From contig CAVQIV010000010.1 of NCBI GenBank assembly GCA_963712665.1, forward strand, positions 135,291 to 199,290: a stretch of DNA of 64,000 nt. The letters run 5' to 3'. The DNA is from Thermoanaerobaculaceae bacterium. GTDB lineage: Bacteria; Acidobacteriota; Thermoanaerobaculia; Multivoradales; UBA5704. This document shows positions 27,821 through 38,238 of the stretch, in pieces (the first letter of the stretch is position 1; the number at the start of each line of letters is the position of its first letter). The position numbers and the translations under genes are program-made. The notes under the pieces were generated by a model that was not told where the DNA came from, did not search any database, and saw only the letters and a program-made list of their open reading frames with translations.

Positions 27821-28204
27821 CTAGTCGATGTAATGGAGCATGGGGCGACGCGGCGGCTTGTGCTCTTTGAGAATTGAGACGACCTCGTCCAGAGACGGGG
27901 AATGCGCTAGTAGCTCGTCTCCCAGCAAGGCAACCCACTGGCCTTTGTAGGGCGCGCTCTTCTCTCTGATCCAGGTGACCTCTGGAGTTCGATCAAAATC
28001 GAGCTCCACGTCAGGGTTCGGCCGGCCTCTGGGCTTGGCCAGCACCCTTTGCCATCCTGAGAGATCCTCGCCGTGATCCCCCTTCTCCAAGGCCTCAGCC
28101 AGCAATCGCCGGGCTCCTTCCACCTTGTCTGCTTCAACGAGCTCGCGGATTCTCTCGCGGTAGCTGCGGGTCTCGGGCTCGATCTTTCTGAGTGGCTGTG
28201 CCAT
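27821..28204 (-). CDS. Single-unit DUF5678-like protein
   Basis: MAQPLRKIEPETRSYRERIRELVEAD...PYKGQWVALLGDELLAHS; paralog of 26608..27366. Confidence 0.85.
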   Translation of the reverse strand: MAQPLRKIEPETRSYRERIRELVEADKVEGARRLLAEALEKGDHGEDLSGWQRVLAKPRGRPNPDVELDFDRTPEVTWIREKSAPYKGQWVALLGDELLAHSPSLDEVVSILKEHKPPRRPMLHYID

Positions 28205-28234
28205 GGCTTCGTCCATCCCTGGGTACGGGTAGGC

Positions 28235-28263
28235 ATTATACCTCACGGCGGATCGGACTGCAA
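28235..28263 (-). promoter_or_regulatory. Near-consensus sigma70 promoter for the DUF5678/protease operon
   Basis: TTGCAG-17 bp-TATAAT. Confidence 0.7.
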
Positions 28264-28290
28264 AGCGCGGGTCGGGCGGAGGAAATCGCG

Positions 28291-29400
28291 TCAGGCGGGG
28301 ACGAGGAGCTTGGCCTGGCCCAGGCCTTCCTCGCCGTACTTCCGGGCGATCCTCTCTCCGGCGGCGCGGGCGGTGCCGCGGTTGGCGACGGCGACGATGG
28401 CGCCTCCGAAGCCGCCGCCGGTCAGGCGGGCGCCGTAGAGGTCCGGCTCGGCCTGGGCCAGCTCGACGAGGCGGTCGATCTGGGGGATGGAGACTTCGTA
28501 GTCGTTCTTCAGGGATTCGTGGGAGGCATCGAGGAGCTTGCCGAGGCGCGGCAGGTCGCGCTCGCGCAGGGCGGCGACGGCGGAACGGACGCGGGCGTTC
28601 TCGGTGATGACGTGCCGCGCCCGGCGGTCCAGGGGCTCGGGGAGGAGGGCGAGACGCCAGATCTCCTGGATGCCGACGTCCCGGAGCTGGGGAACCCTGA
28701 GCAGCTCGGCCGCGGTCTCGCACTCGCGACGGCGGGTCTTATACTCGCCGCCCGTGTGGCGGTGCGGGATCCCGGAATCGATCACCAGCAGCTCGCAAGC
28801 CTCCGGCAGCATCAACCGTTCGTAGGTCAGGTTGCGGGTGTCGAGGAAGAGCGCCGTGGTCTCGTTGCCCAGGCTCGACGCCATCTGGTCCATGATCCCC
28901 ACGGGCGCGCCCACGAAGTCGTTCTCGGCCTGCTGGCCGATCTGGGCCAGGCGCACGTCGTCGAGGTCCAGGTGGAAGGCCTCGCGCAGGGCCCGGAGGA
29001 TTGAGATCTCCAGGGCTGCGCTGGAGGAGAGGCCGCTGCCGGGCGGCACGTCGGATTCGATGCGCAGGTCGAAGCCGCGCAGGGAGCATCCCTCCTCGCG
29101 CAGCACCTCGGTGATCCCCTGGACGTAGTCGATCCAGCCGTGCCCGGGCTCTTCCTCGCCCAGCCGGTACTCTTCAATCTCCGGCGGCTCGCGGTCTGTG
29201 AAATGGGCGCTCCAGGCCCGTACCAGAGAGCCGATCCGTGGGCCCAGCTCCACTCTCGTGCGCTGGGGGATGGCCACGGGGAGCACGAAGCCGCCGTTGT
29301 AGTCCGTGTGCTCGCCGATCAGGTTCACCCGCCCCGGAGCGTCGGCGTGGACCGCGGGCTCGCGGCCGAAGAGGTCGACGAAAGTTTTCCCATCACTCAA
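28291..29400 (-). CDS. galK: Galactokinase
   Basis: APGRVNLIGEHTDYN, PPGSGLSSSAA, GARLTGGGFGG. Confidence 0.97.
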   Translation of the reverse strand: MSDGKTFVDLFGREPAVHADAPGRVNLIGEHTDYNGGFVLPVAIPQRTRVELGPRIGSLVRAWSAHFTDREPPEIEEYRLGEEEPGHGWIDYVQGITEVLREEGCSLRGFDLRIESDVPPGSGLSSSAALEISILRALREAFHLDLDDVRLAQIGQQAENDFVGAPVGIMDQMASSLGNETTALFLDTRNLTYERLMLPEACELLVIDSGIPHRHTGGEYKTRRRECETAAELLRVPQLRDVGIQEIWRLALLPEPLDRRARHVITENARVRSAVAALRERDLPRLGKLLDASHESLKNDYEVSIPQIDRLVELAQAEPDLYGARLTGGGFGGAIVAVANRGTARAAGERIARKYGEEGLGQAKLLVPA

Positions 29401-30493
29401 GTTTCACCTCCACACCTCGCAACTCCTGGACCTTCTCCTCCGGCAGCGTATCCGCGGTGAACACCCCGGCGCCGAGCTCGCTGCCGGCCAGGTACTTGAG
29501 CCGGCCCGGCATGCGGTAGGCAGGGTAGAGCTCGATGTGGAGATGAGCCTCGGGGTGCGGCTCGCCGTCGGTGGGGGCCTGGTGAAAGACCATGACGTAG
29601 GGGAACGGTTTGCTCCACAGCCCGTCGTACTTGAGGAGCACGGTCTTGAGAGCACGGGCGAAGTCGGCCCGCTCGGGCGCGTCGAGGTCCGCCACCGAGC
29701 CCGCGGACCGGCGGGGGGCGATCCAGACCTCATAGGAGTAGCGGGCGAAGACCGGCATCCAGGCCACGGCCCGCTCGCCCGTGTAGAGGGTCCGCCGGCC
29801 GTCCGCGAGCTCGCGGCCGATCAGGTCCTCCAGCAGACCGGTCCCGTGCTCGGCCAGCCAGGACCGCTGCTGCTCCAGCTCCCGGGCGGGGACGGGAGGG
29901 ATGAAGGGATAGGCGTAGATCTGCCCGTGCGGATGGTGGAGCGTGACGCCCACCTCGACCCCCCGGTTCTCGAAGGGCATGACGTAGTCGACGTCGTCGC
30001 GCGCGCCCAACTCGCGGTAACGGTCGGCCCAGACCTCCAAAAGCAGCTCCAGGTGATCGAGCGGGAGCGCGCCCAGCGACGAGGCGGGATCCTGGGTGAA
30101 GACCACCACCTCGCAAGCCCCCTTGCCCGGCCGGGTGGGGACGATCGCCGGGGACGCCGGCTCCGCGGCACGCTCCGTGAGGGTGGGGAAACGGTTCTCG
30201 AACACCGCCACGTCGTAGTCGCCGGCCGGCAGCTCGGTGGGATGGGTGGGATCGGTCGTGGGAGCCAGGGGATTGTATTCGGGAGGCGGCAGGAAGGTAC
30301 GGTTCTGCCGGTAGCTGGCATAGGCCACCCACTCGCCCCGCAGGGCGTGCCAGCGCAGGTGGGTCTGGTTGCCGGGCGGCTCCGTGCCGGGGCTGGTGGC
30401 CTCGATGTTTTCCGGAATGGGCCGGCGCGCGTAGAGGATGAGCGCGCGGCCGTCCGGTTTGGTGAGCCTCCTCTCGTACATGCCGCGGCTCAA
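29393..30493 (-). CDS. galT: Galactose-1-phosphate uridylyltransferase (start may be 30481)
   Basis: [13 protein letters not shown] active-site motif, KYLAGSE. Confidence 0.95.
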   Translation of the reverse strand: MSRGMYERRLTKPDGRALILYARRPIPENIEATSPGTEPPGNQTHLRWHALRGEWVAYASYRQNRTFLPPPEYNPLAPTTDPTHPTELPAGDYDVAVFENRFPTLTERAAEPASPAIVPTRPGKGACEVVVFTQDPASSLGALPLDHLELLLEVWADRYRELGARDDVDYVMPFENRGVEVGVTLHHPHGQIYAYPFIPPVPARELEQQRSWLAEHGTGLLEDLIGRELADGRRTLYTGERAVAWMPVFARYSYEVWIAPRRSAGSVADLDAPERADFARALKTVLLKYDGLWSKPFPYVMVFHQAPTDGEPHPEAHLHIELYPAYRMPGRLKYLAGSELGAGVFTADTLPEEKVQELRGVEVKLE

Positions 30494-32389
30494 TCCTTCT
30501 CGAAAGGTGGAGCGTGGGGATCGTGCCGCGTGCCGGCGCCGCCGACGCCGGCGGCCTGGATCGGGCTCTTCCGTTTCGCCTCCGCCGCGGCTTCACCCCG
30601 GGTGGCCGCCGCGATCTCCTCCAGGGGGAACTTGGGTGTGCGGTCGGCGTGCAGGAGCCCGTTGGCTTCCTGATAGGTGTCGGCGAACTGGGTGTAGCAG
30701 AAACCGGCGAGGAGGCGCGCGGAGTTGACCTGCTCCATGCAGGGCGCGGTAGCGCTCGGCGAGCTCTTCGCTGCGCCGACACCCGCGAGTAGCCCCAGGT
30801 TTCGGCGATCGGCCGAGGCGGCGATGCCGCCGAACTCGGTGAGCATGACCGGCATGCCCGCGTGGCGCTGCTCCTCCAGCTCCAGCACCAGCAGCCGGCC
30901 GCCGGGCCGCTCCCGCTCGAACAGCCGCGGCAGCACGTCCTCGGCCTGATAGCGCTGCCCGAGGCGCTCGGGATCGGCGTCGTAGTCGTGGATGCCGATG
31001 ATGTCGGTGGCGACGCTCTCCCAGCCGTCGTTGCCGATCACCGGGCGGGTCGGGTCGAGCGTCTTGGTCAGGTGGTACAGGGAGCGCACGTAGTGGCGTT
31101 CCGGCTGGCTGTCCGGCAGATTGGGCACGCCCCAGGACTCGTTGAACGGCACCCAGGCGATGATGCACGGATGGCTGTAGTCGCGGCGCACGGCCTCGCA
31201 TCCACTCGCGGGTCAGCCGCTGGATGGAGCGCTTGTGTGAAGCGGTAGGCGCTCGGCATCTCCTCCCAGACCAGGAGGCCCAGGCGGTCGGCCCAGTAGA
31301 GGTAGCGCGGGTCCTCGATCTTCTGGTGCTTGCGCACGCCGTTGAAGCCCATGGCCTTGGCCAGCTCGACGTCGCGGCGCAGGGCGTCGTCGTCGGGCGC
31401 GGTCAGGCCGGTCTCGGGCCAGTAGCCCTGGTCGAGCACCAGGCGCAGGAAGTAGGGCCGGCCGTTGAGCATGAAGCGGTCGCCCTGGATGGCGACCGAG
31501 CGCAGCGCCGTGTAGCTGCTCACCTCGTCGAGCAGCTCGCCACGGTCGGCCCAGAGCTGCGAGCTGGGCGTCGATCAGGGTGGGCGGCTGGGGGCTCCAC
31601 AGCAGCTCGTTGCGGAAGTCGTCGATGCCGGGATCGGACAGGGCGATCCGGCGGTGCGACCTCGCCGGCTACGACGGTGTAGGTGTCGTCCGCCAGGAGC
31701 TGGCCGTCGGCCCGCAGCTTGACGCCGAGCCGCAGCCGCTCGCGGGCATCGCCTGCCATCCAGGCCTCGAAGCCCGATCTCCCAGCGCTCCAGGTTGGGG
31801 GTCCAGCGCACGCTGCCGATCCAGGTGGAGGGGACCAGCTCCAGCCAGACCGTCTGCCAGATGCCGGTGGTGCGCGGGATACCAGATCGAGTGCGGCTCG
31901 AGCTGCCAGTCCTGCTTGCCGCGCGGCTTCGCGAGGTCGGCGGGATCGTCGTCGGCGCGCACGACGAGCGTCTGCGTGCCGGGCGACGAGCAGATCGGTG
32001 ATGTCGGCCGAGAACGGCGTGTAGCCGCCTTCGTGGCAAATCGCGAGCGAGCCGTTGACCCACACGGTCGCGGCGTAGTCCACGGCGCCGAAGTGGAGGA
32101 GCAGGCGCTCGCCCCGCCGCAACCCCGGGGCCTCGAAGGTGCGGCGGTACCAGCACCGGGAATAGAAGCCCGTGTCATGGATGCCGCTCGCCGGCGTCTC
32201 GGGCGAGAACGGCACCACGATCGTGGCGTTCCAGTCCACCTCCCGGGGCGACCGCCAGCGGGCCTTGGGATCGAGGGCGAACTCCCAGGTCCCGTTGAGC
32301 GACGTCCAGGAGGCGCGCTGCATCAAGGGCCGGGGATGGCCATGGCCGGTCTCATCGATCGGGGTCTTGGGCGGATGTCGTCTGGCCAT
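30490..32389 (-). CDS. GH2 glycoside hydrolase (beta-galactosidase/glucuronidase-like), multiply frameshifted
   Basis: [61 protein letters not shown] spread over several frames. Confidence 0.85.
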
Positions 32390-32451
32390 TCAGACGATAT
32401 GAGTGCAAGAGGCGAGCCAGGGAAACTCTATAATCCAGCCAGGAGGGATTC

Positions 32452-34047
32452 TTGATCTCGACGACCCCGGCCCCCCGACCCGAAGCCGTGCAGCTCGAGC
32501 TGTTCACCCATCGCTTCGCGGCGATCGCGCGGCAGATGGGGGAGCGGCTTCAGCGCACGGCCGTCTCCACCAACGTCAAGGAGCGGCTCGACTTCTCGTG
32601 CGGTCTGCTCGACGCGGCAGGGGAGCTGGTGGTCAACGCTCCCCACATCCCCGTCCATCTCGGGGCTCTGGGGCTCTGCGTCCGCCGGTTGCGGGAGACG
32701 ATCGCCATGGAGCCAGGGGACGTGATCGTCACCAATCATCCTGCCTTCGGCGGCTCCCACCTGCCGGACGTGACGGTGGTGACTCCCGTGTTCGGCGACC
32801 TTGGGGTGAAAATGGACGTCCTCCTCGGTTACGTGGCCAGCCGCGCGCACCATGCGGAGATCGGGGGCATCCGCCCGGGGTCCATGCCGCCCGGGGCGCG
32901 ACGGCTGAGCGAGGAAGGGGTGGTGATCCCCCCCACCCATCTCGTGCGCCGGGGCGAGCCCCGCTGGGAAGAAGCCCGCCGGCTCCTCCTGGAGGCGCCG
33001 TTCCCCACCCGGGCGGTCGAGGAGAACCTCGCCGACCTGCGGGCCGCGGTAGCCGCGAACCATCGGGGCGCCGAAGCCCTGGCCGCCCTCGCCGCCGAGC
33101 ACGGCCCGGAAACCGTGCATCACTACATGGCCGCTCTCAAGGCCCGGGCCGAGGAGCGGCTGCGGATCGCCCTGGCCCGCCTCCCCGCCAACGACTACGA
33201 GGCCCTGGAGCGGCTGGACGACGGCGCGGCCCTCGCGGTGCGCATCACGATCGGCGGCCCGGGCGCGGACCCCATCGTCACCGTGGACTTCACGGGCACG
33301 GCCGGAGTCCATCCCGGGAACCTCAACGCACCGCCGGCCGTGGTGCGCAGCGCCGTCCTCTACGTGCTGCGCCTGCTGATCGCCGAGCCTCTGCCGTTGA
33401 ACGAGGGGATCCTGCGGGCGGTTGCGATCCACATCCCGCCGGGGATGCTGAACCCGCCGTTCCCGGACGATCCCGCGCTGGCGCCGGCCGTGGTGGGCGG
33501 CAACGTGGAGACCAGCCAGCGGGTGGTGGACACCCTCATCAAGGCCCTGGGCCTGCTTGCCTGCGGCCAGGGGACGATGAACAACCTCCTCTTCGGCAAC
33601 GACCGCTTCGGCTTCTACGAGACGGTGTGCGGCGGCTCCGGCGCCGGGCCGGGATTTAACGGCACGAGCGGTGTTCACATCCACATGACGAACACGCGGA
33701 TCACCGATCCGGAGGTTCTGGAGCACCGCTATCCCGTGCGCCTGGAGCGCTTCGCCCTGCGCGCCGGCTCGGGCGGTGCCGGCCGCTGGCGAGGAGGAGA
33801 CGGCGTGGTGCGCGAGCTGACCTTCCTCGAGCCCATGGCCCTCTCCCTCCTCACCCAGCACCGGGTGGAGGCGCCCTATGGCAAGGAAGGGGGCTCACCC
33901 GGGCAGCGGGGGCGGCAGCGGCTGGTACGGGCGACCGGAGAGGTGGAGGAGCTCGCCTCGCTCGACGGCCGTGAAGTGGGGCCGGGAGACCGGCTCATCC
34001 TGGAGACCCCGGGGGGCGGGGGGTGGGGAAGGCCCCATAGGCGCTAA
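32452..34047 (+). CDS. Hydantoinase B/5-oxoprolinase C-terminal subunit
   Basis: [53 protein letters not shown]. Confidence 0.93.
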   Translation: MISTTPAPRPEAVQLELFTHRFAAIARQMGERLQRTAVSTNVKERLDFSCGLLDAAGELVVNAPHIPVHLGALGLCVRRLRETIAMEPGDVIVTNHPAFGGSHLPDVTVVTPVFGDLGVKMDVLLGYVASRAHHAEIGGIRPGSMPPGARRLSEEGVVIPPTHLVRRGEPRWEEARRLLLEAPFPTRAVEENLADLRAAVAANHRGAEALAALAAEHGPETVHHYMAALKARAEERLRIALARLPANDYEALERLDDGAALAVRITIGGPGADPIVTVDFTGTAGVHPGNLNAPPAVVRSAVLYVLRLLIAEPLPLNEGILRAVAIHIPPGMLNPPFPDDPALAPAVVGGNVETSQRVVDTLIKALGLLACGQGTMNNLLFGNDRFGFYETVCGGSGAGPGFNGTSGVHIHMTNTRITDPEVLEHRYPVRLERFALRAGSGGAGRWRGGDGVVRELTFLEPMALSLLTQHRVEAPYGKEGGSPGQRGRQRLVRATGEVEELASLDGREVGPGDRLILETPGGGGWGRPHRR

Positions 34048-34057
34048 TCTAACCTTG

Positions 34058-34248
34058 CCTCAGAGCGCCCCCACCCAAGACCCTCATCACCCCGGCCCTC
34101 TTCTCCCGTCCCCCACTACCCCCCTCACCGGGAGAAGAGGGAGAACAGCCAGACCGCTTCAACCGGGTTCCCCTCTCCCGCGGGAGGAGGAGGGGAGGCG
34201 TCGGGAGAGGGGCAGGGGTGAGGGTCTTGGGTGGGGGCGCTCTGAAGG
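34058..34248. repeat. Palindromic repeat family B, full copy
   Basis: Terminal inverted repeat CAGAGCGCCCCCACCCAAGACCCTCA/TGAGGGTCTTGGGTGGGGGCGCTCTG between convergent genes. Confidence 0.85.
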
Positions 34249-34250
34249 CT

Positions 34251-34721
34251 TCACCGCCGCTGCCGCAGCACTTCATACACACCCAGCGCCACAGCCGTCG
34301 AGAGGTTGAGCGAGCGCAGCTCCGGATCGGCCATGGGGATGCGCACCAGCCGGTCGCGGTGGCGCTCGCGGATCTCGGGCGAGAGGCCCACGCTCTCCTT
34401 GCCGAAGATCAGCACCGTCCGCTTCGGATAGTCGACGCTCCAGTAGTCTTTCTCCGCCTCGGAGCTGAAGAGGAACGGCTCGCCGAGCCGCGGCAGTTGC
34501 GCCTCGAATTCGCGCCAGGAGTCCCACACCCTGGGATCCACCCGCGGCCAGTAGTCGAGCCCGGCCCGCCGCACGTGGCGCTCGGTGAGGAAGAATCCCA
34601 GCGGCCGGACGAGGTGGAGCTGGGCCCCGGCGGCGAGACACGTGCGGCCGGCGTTGCCGGTGTTCCAGTGGATCTCCGGCTCTACCAGCACCACGTGGAG
34701 ATCCCGGAGGTCGGCGGACAT
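34251..34721 (-). CDS. trmL: tRNA (cytidine/uridine-34-2'-O)-methyltransferase, SPOUT family
   Basis: VLVEPEIHWNTGN, RRAGLDYW, FGKESVGL, RSLNLS. Confidence 0.93.
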   Translation of the reverse strand: MSADLRDLHVVLVEPEIHWNTGNAGRTCLAAGAQLHLVRPLGFFLTERHVRRAGLDYWPRVDPRVWDSWREFEAQLPRLGEPFLFSSEAEKDYWSVDYPKRTVLIFGKESVGLSPEIRERHRDRLVRIPMADPELRSLNLSTAVALGVYEVLRQRR

Positions 34722-34775
34722 GGACCGGCAGTCTAGCAGGGGAACGATCCGCCCCTCGCCTCCGTCTACAATGGC

Positions 34776-35063
34776 GTGGTGATCACGATCGAAAGCCTCA
34801 TCTCCTTCGTCTGCCTCGCGAGCCTCATCGTGATCCTCCTCGAGGCGTCGCAGGTCGGCGGGCTCCGCCGGCGGTGGCCCGTGGCGATCTGGGCCTTCAC
34901 CCTCCTGGCCCTGGCCGTCCTGGCCCTGCTGCGGGTGCTGGTGAACCGCGACGACTGGAGCGACGGCCGGATCCTCTCGGGCTGCGTAGGAGCGTGCAAC
35001 TTCCTGTTCGGCAGCGGCCTCCTGGTGCGCTGGCTGTTCAGGAGGCCGCCCTCCGGTCGCTGA
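34776..35063 (+). CDS. Small membrane protein
   Basis: 95 aa, 3 TM segments; TACAAT just upstream of the start. Confidence 0.6.
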   Translation: MVITIESLISFVCLASLIVILLEASQVGGLRRRWPVAIWAFTLLALAVLALLRVLVNRDDWSDGRILSGCVGACNFLFGSGLLVRWLFRRPPSGR

Positions 35064-35068
35064 GAAGG

Positions 35069-35710
35069 CTACTTCAGGACCACGTCGATCTCGCCCACGC
35101 CGCAGTCCACCGTCACCTTGGAACGGCCCGTGCCCTTGTCCCAGGTGAGCGTCCGCGTCACGAGCCCGGCGCTCTCGTAGTGCCGGCCGGCCGCGATCAG
35201 GCTGGCCTCGCCGATCCCCGTGTCGAGGCTCGCCGAGCCGAAGGCCTCCTTGGGCAGGGTGACGTTGACCTCGCCGACCCCGAGGTCCACGTCCAGATCG
35301 CCAGTGAGACCGTGGATGTTCATCTCCCCCACGCCCAGCTCGACGTGCGCCGGCAACTCGCGCGGCACGGTGATGTGGGCGACCACGTGCATGTTCTTCG
35401 AGCCGCCCCACTTGGGGAAGCGCTTGATCTGGACACGGAAGACGTCGTCGCTGTTGTCGTAGACGAGCTTGAGCTCTTGGGCCGCGTCCGCGCAGCTACC
35501 CGTTTTGTGCTTGCACATCACCTTGACGTCGAGGCCCACCTGGCCGCCGTCTCCGGGATCCACGGTGAGCTCGCCCACGGGAAAGTCGAGATGGATCTTC
35601 TGGGCATTGGCGACGGGGACCTGCTGGCGGAAGGAACGGACGACCTCGTCGGCGGCGGCGGGAACGACCCACAGGAGCGCGGCTCCAAGGATCAGGGCGG
35701 TTTTCTTCAT
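35069..35710 (-). CDS. Secreted beta-solenoid (DUF4097/adhesin-like) protein
   Basis: GAGGAG RBS, signal peptide, repeated GVGE motifs. Confidence 0.8.
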   Translation of the reverse strand: MKKTALILGAALLWVVPAAADEVVRSFRQQVPVANAQKIHLDFPVGELTVDPGDGGQVGLDVKVMCKHKTGSCADAAQELKLVYDNSDDVFRVQIKRFPKWGGSKNMHVVAHITVPRELPAHVELGVGEMNIHGLTGDLDVDLGVGEVNVTLPKEAFGSASLDTGIGEASLIAAGRHYESAGLVTRTLTWDKGTGRSKVTVDCGVGEIDVVLK

Positions 35711-35833
35711 GGTATCTCTCCTCTTTGGGGGCCGGCGCACCGCCGGCCACGAAGATCCCTACGAGAGGGACCGCTCCAAGGTTCCAGGATCGCGGCATCG
35801 ATCTTGCCAAGGGAGGACTGGAGGAGGATCGCA

Positions 35834-36865
35834 ATGGACCCGTCGCCGCCCCCGTTCCAGGAATCGCCGCCGGGCGACCGTCCCATCCGCGACCTCGGCC
35901 TCAAGATCGAAGGCACGGAGCTCGAGCCGGTGATCGCCGAGTTCGAGCGCGAGATCGCGGCCGCCGGCATCTGCCGGGTGCGTCCCCGCTTCTACCTTTC
36001 CACCGAATGGGGAGTGCCCTTCGGCACCGTGGCCATCGCCATCCCCTTTTATTTGGCCCGTCCGGATCTCGCGGCACTCCATGCCGAGCGCACGGGGCTG
36101 GTCGAGGGGCTCGGCCGCCGCGACCTGCTGCGCTACCTCCGCCACGAGATGGGGCACGTGGTCAACTACGCCTACCGCCTCTACGACCGGGAGGACTGGG
36201 TGGAGCTCTTCGGCCCCATGACCCGGCCCTACCGGGAGGAGTACCGTCCCCAGCCGTTCAGCCGGCGCTACGTCCGCCATCTGCCCGGCTGGTATGCGCA
36301 GAAGCATCCGGATGAGGATTGGGCCGAGACCTTCGCCGTGTGGATGACTCCCGGCGCCGACTGGCGCGCCGAGTACGCCGGTTGGCCCAAGGCTCTCGCG
36401 AAGCTCACGTATTGCGAGACCATGATGCGCGAGCTGTGCGCCGTCGATCCCCTGGTGACGGACGAGGAATTGGATGAGCCCGTCTCCGAGATCCCCTACA
36501 CCCTGGAGCAATACTACCGGAATTGGGAGCTGGACGGGGGCGAGGTCCCGCCGGGGCTCGACGGGGCCCTGCGCTCCATCTTCGAAGACTGGGGCCGGCC
36601 CGAGGACCTGACGACCGACGCGCCCCGCCGTCCCGCCTCCGAGCTGATCCGCCGCCTCGGCCGCGACCTGCCCGCGGACGTCTACCGCTGGACCGGCCAC
36701 TTCCCCGAGCGCACCCGGCTGCTCCTGAGGCACCTCGCCGAGCGGGCGGATGCCCTGGAGCAGGTCTATCCGGAGGATCGGGAAACGCCGGCCGTCATCG
36801 CCCTCACCACCTTCGTGACGGCGCTGGCGATGAACCACGTGCGGAAGGGGAGCTACATGGCTTAG
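35834..36865 (+). CDS. Putative zinc-binding metallopeptidase (zincin)
   Basis: GGAGGAGG RBS; LRHEMGH (HExxH), YAQKHPDEDWAETF. Confidence 0.88.
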   Translation: MDPSPPPFQESPPGDRPIRDLGLKIEGTELEPVIAEFEREIAAAGICRVRPRFYLSTEWGVPFGTVAIAIPFYLARPDLAALHAERTGLVEGLGRRDLLRYLRHEMGHVVNYAYRLYDREDWVELFGPMTRPYREEYRPQPFSRRYVRHLPGWYAQKHPDEDWAETFAVWMTPGADWRAEYAGWPKALAKLTYCETMMRELCAVDPLVTDEELDEPVSEIPYTLEQYYRNWELDGGEVPPGLDGALRSIFEDWGRPEDLTTDAPRRPASELIRRLGRDLPADVYRWTGHFPERTRLLLRHLAERADALEQVYPEDRETPAVIALTTFVTALAMNHVRKGSYMA

Positions 36866-36901
36866 CGCGCCCAGGCATGAATGCCCGGGCGGGTTGGACG
36901 C

Positions 36902-37111
36902 TCAGCAGTTTTCGTTCCGGGTCGGGAAAGGCCTCGTCGGGCACGCATAGCACTGCGTAGCGCAGGAGTCTGACGGGCCGCACATGGTGATGCAGAGGCT
37001 CGGGCAGGTATCTCCTGCGGTCGAGGCTCCGGCGATTTCCTGCAAAGACGTCTGATCCAGCGCGACCAGGGTTTCCCGATTCAGATGGAGCTTCCCAAGT
37101 TTCTTCTTCAT
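36902..37111 (-). CDS. RiPP (lanthipeptide-type) precursor peptide 3
   Basis: AAGGAGG RBS; leader KLHLNRETL ending IAGA; core with 7 Cys and many Ser/Thr. Confidence 0.85.
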   Translation of the reverse strand: MKKKLGKLHLNRETLVALDQTSLQEIAGASTAGDTCPSLCITMCGPSDSCATQCYACPTRPFPTRNENC

Positions 37112-37150
37112 GCTTACCTCCTTGAGAGGGGCTGATTCTACTCTAAAAGC

Positions 37151-38125
37151 TCAAGAATACCGCTCCTTCGCCAACTCCACGATCCGCTCCACCAGGTCCG
37201 GAAACTCCATCTCTGCCGCCTTGGCCGCCATCGCGAACTCGCTCTCCTTCTCCAGATAGCAGCTCGCGTTGACCTCGATGACGTAGATCTCCCCCGTCTC
37301 GGTGAGCCGGAGATCGACTCGGCCATAATCGCGGACCCGCACGGCGCGGTAGGCGTCCACGGCGGTCTTCTGCAACCGGGCGCGCAGCTCGTCGGGGAGA
37401 TCGGCGAGCACGGATTTCGTCCCCTTGTATTCGGCGCTGTTCTTCTTCCACTTCGCCTTGGTGCCCAGGATGCGCGGCTCTCCTTCGGGGAAGCCCGTGA
37501 AATCCACCTCGATGGGCGGCAGGGGGATGGGCTCGCGGTTGCCGAGCACGCCGACGTAGATCTCGCGCCCCTCGATGTACTCCTCCACCAGAGCGCTGTC
37601 CCCCACCTTCTCGTGGATGGCGATCACCCGCTTCATCAGCGACGTGGCGTCGCGCACCAGGGAGTCGCCGTCGATGCCGATCGAGGCGTCGGCGGTCAGG
37701 GGCTTGACGAAGAGCGGCATGCGCAGCCGGCCCGCGGTCTCGAAGTCGGAGTCGCGGGAGAAGACGGCGAAGTGGGGATAGAGGAGATCGTCGAAGGCCA
37801 GGACCTTCTTGGCCAGACCCTTGTCCTGCCGCAGGTAAAGCTCCCCAGGGCCGCCGCCGGTGAAGCGCAGACCCAGGAGATCCAGCACGCCGGCCACGCC
37901 GATGTCCCCCGCCGTGCTCTTGCCGAAGGTCTCCAGGAGGTTGAACACCAGCTCCGGCTTGCGCCGGGTGAGGCCCGAAACCAGCGTGCGCAGGTCGTCG
38001 TGCACGCCCAGCACGCCGACTTTGTGACCCTTCTCTTCCAGGGCGGCGACCACCTGGTCCACCACCACGTCATAGGACTTTGTATCCTCTTTTTTCTCGA
38101 GACCCGCGAGGACGGTGATTTTCAT
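37151..38125 (-). CDS. D-Ala-D-Ala ligase-like ATP-grasp protein
   Basis: VFNLLE, PLFVKP, ASIGI, LVEEYIEGREIYVG, YGRVDLR, IEVNAS. Confidence 0.9.
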   Translation of the reverse strand: MKITVLAGLEKKEDTKSYDVVVDQVVAALEEKGHKVGVLGVHDDLRTLVSGLTRRKPELVFNLLETFGKSTAGDIGVAGVLDLLGLRFTGGGPGELYLRQDKGLAKKVLAFDDLLYPHFAVFSRDSDFETAGRLRMPLFVKPLTADASIGIDGDSLVRDATSLMKRVIAIHEKVGDSALVEEYIEGREIYVGVLGNREPIPLPPIEVDFTGFPEGEPRILGTKAKWKKNSAEYKGTKSVLADLPDELRARLQKTAVDAYRAVRVRDYGRVDLRLTETGEIYVIEVNASCYLEKESEFAMAAKAAEMEFPDLVERIVELAKERYS

Positions 38126-38238
38126 GGCCGCTGCCCCATGCAAGGGCTGGGCCGGGAAGGCATCCGTCTTGCAGAAGAAAGGGAAATGAGGCCATGGCGA
38201 CGGTGCCGCGGCCCCCAGCTCTCCCAAGGAGGATTCCC

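Noticed and set aside
30490-32389. Multiple frameshifts in the GH2 gene as programmed recoding or true pseudogenisation
   Set aside because: All motifs are intact and the indels are scattered, which fits a low-quality long-read segment; reads are needed to decide
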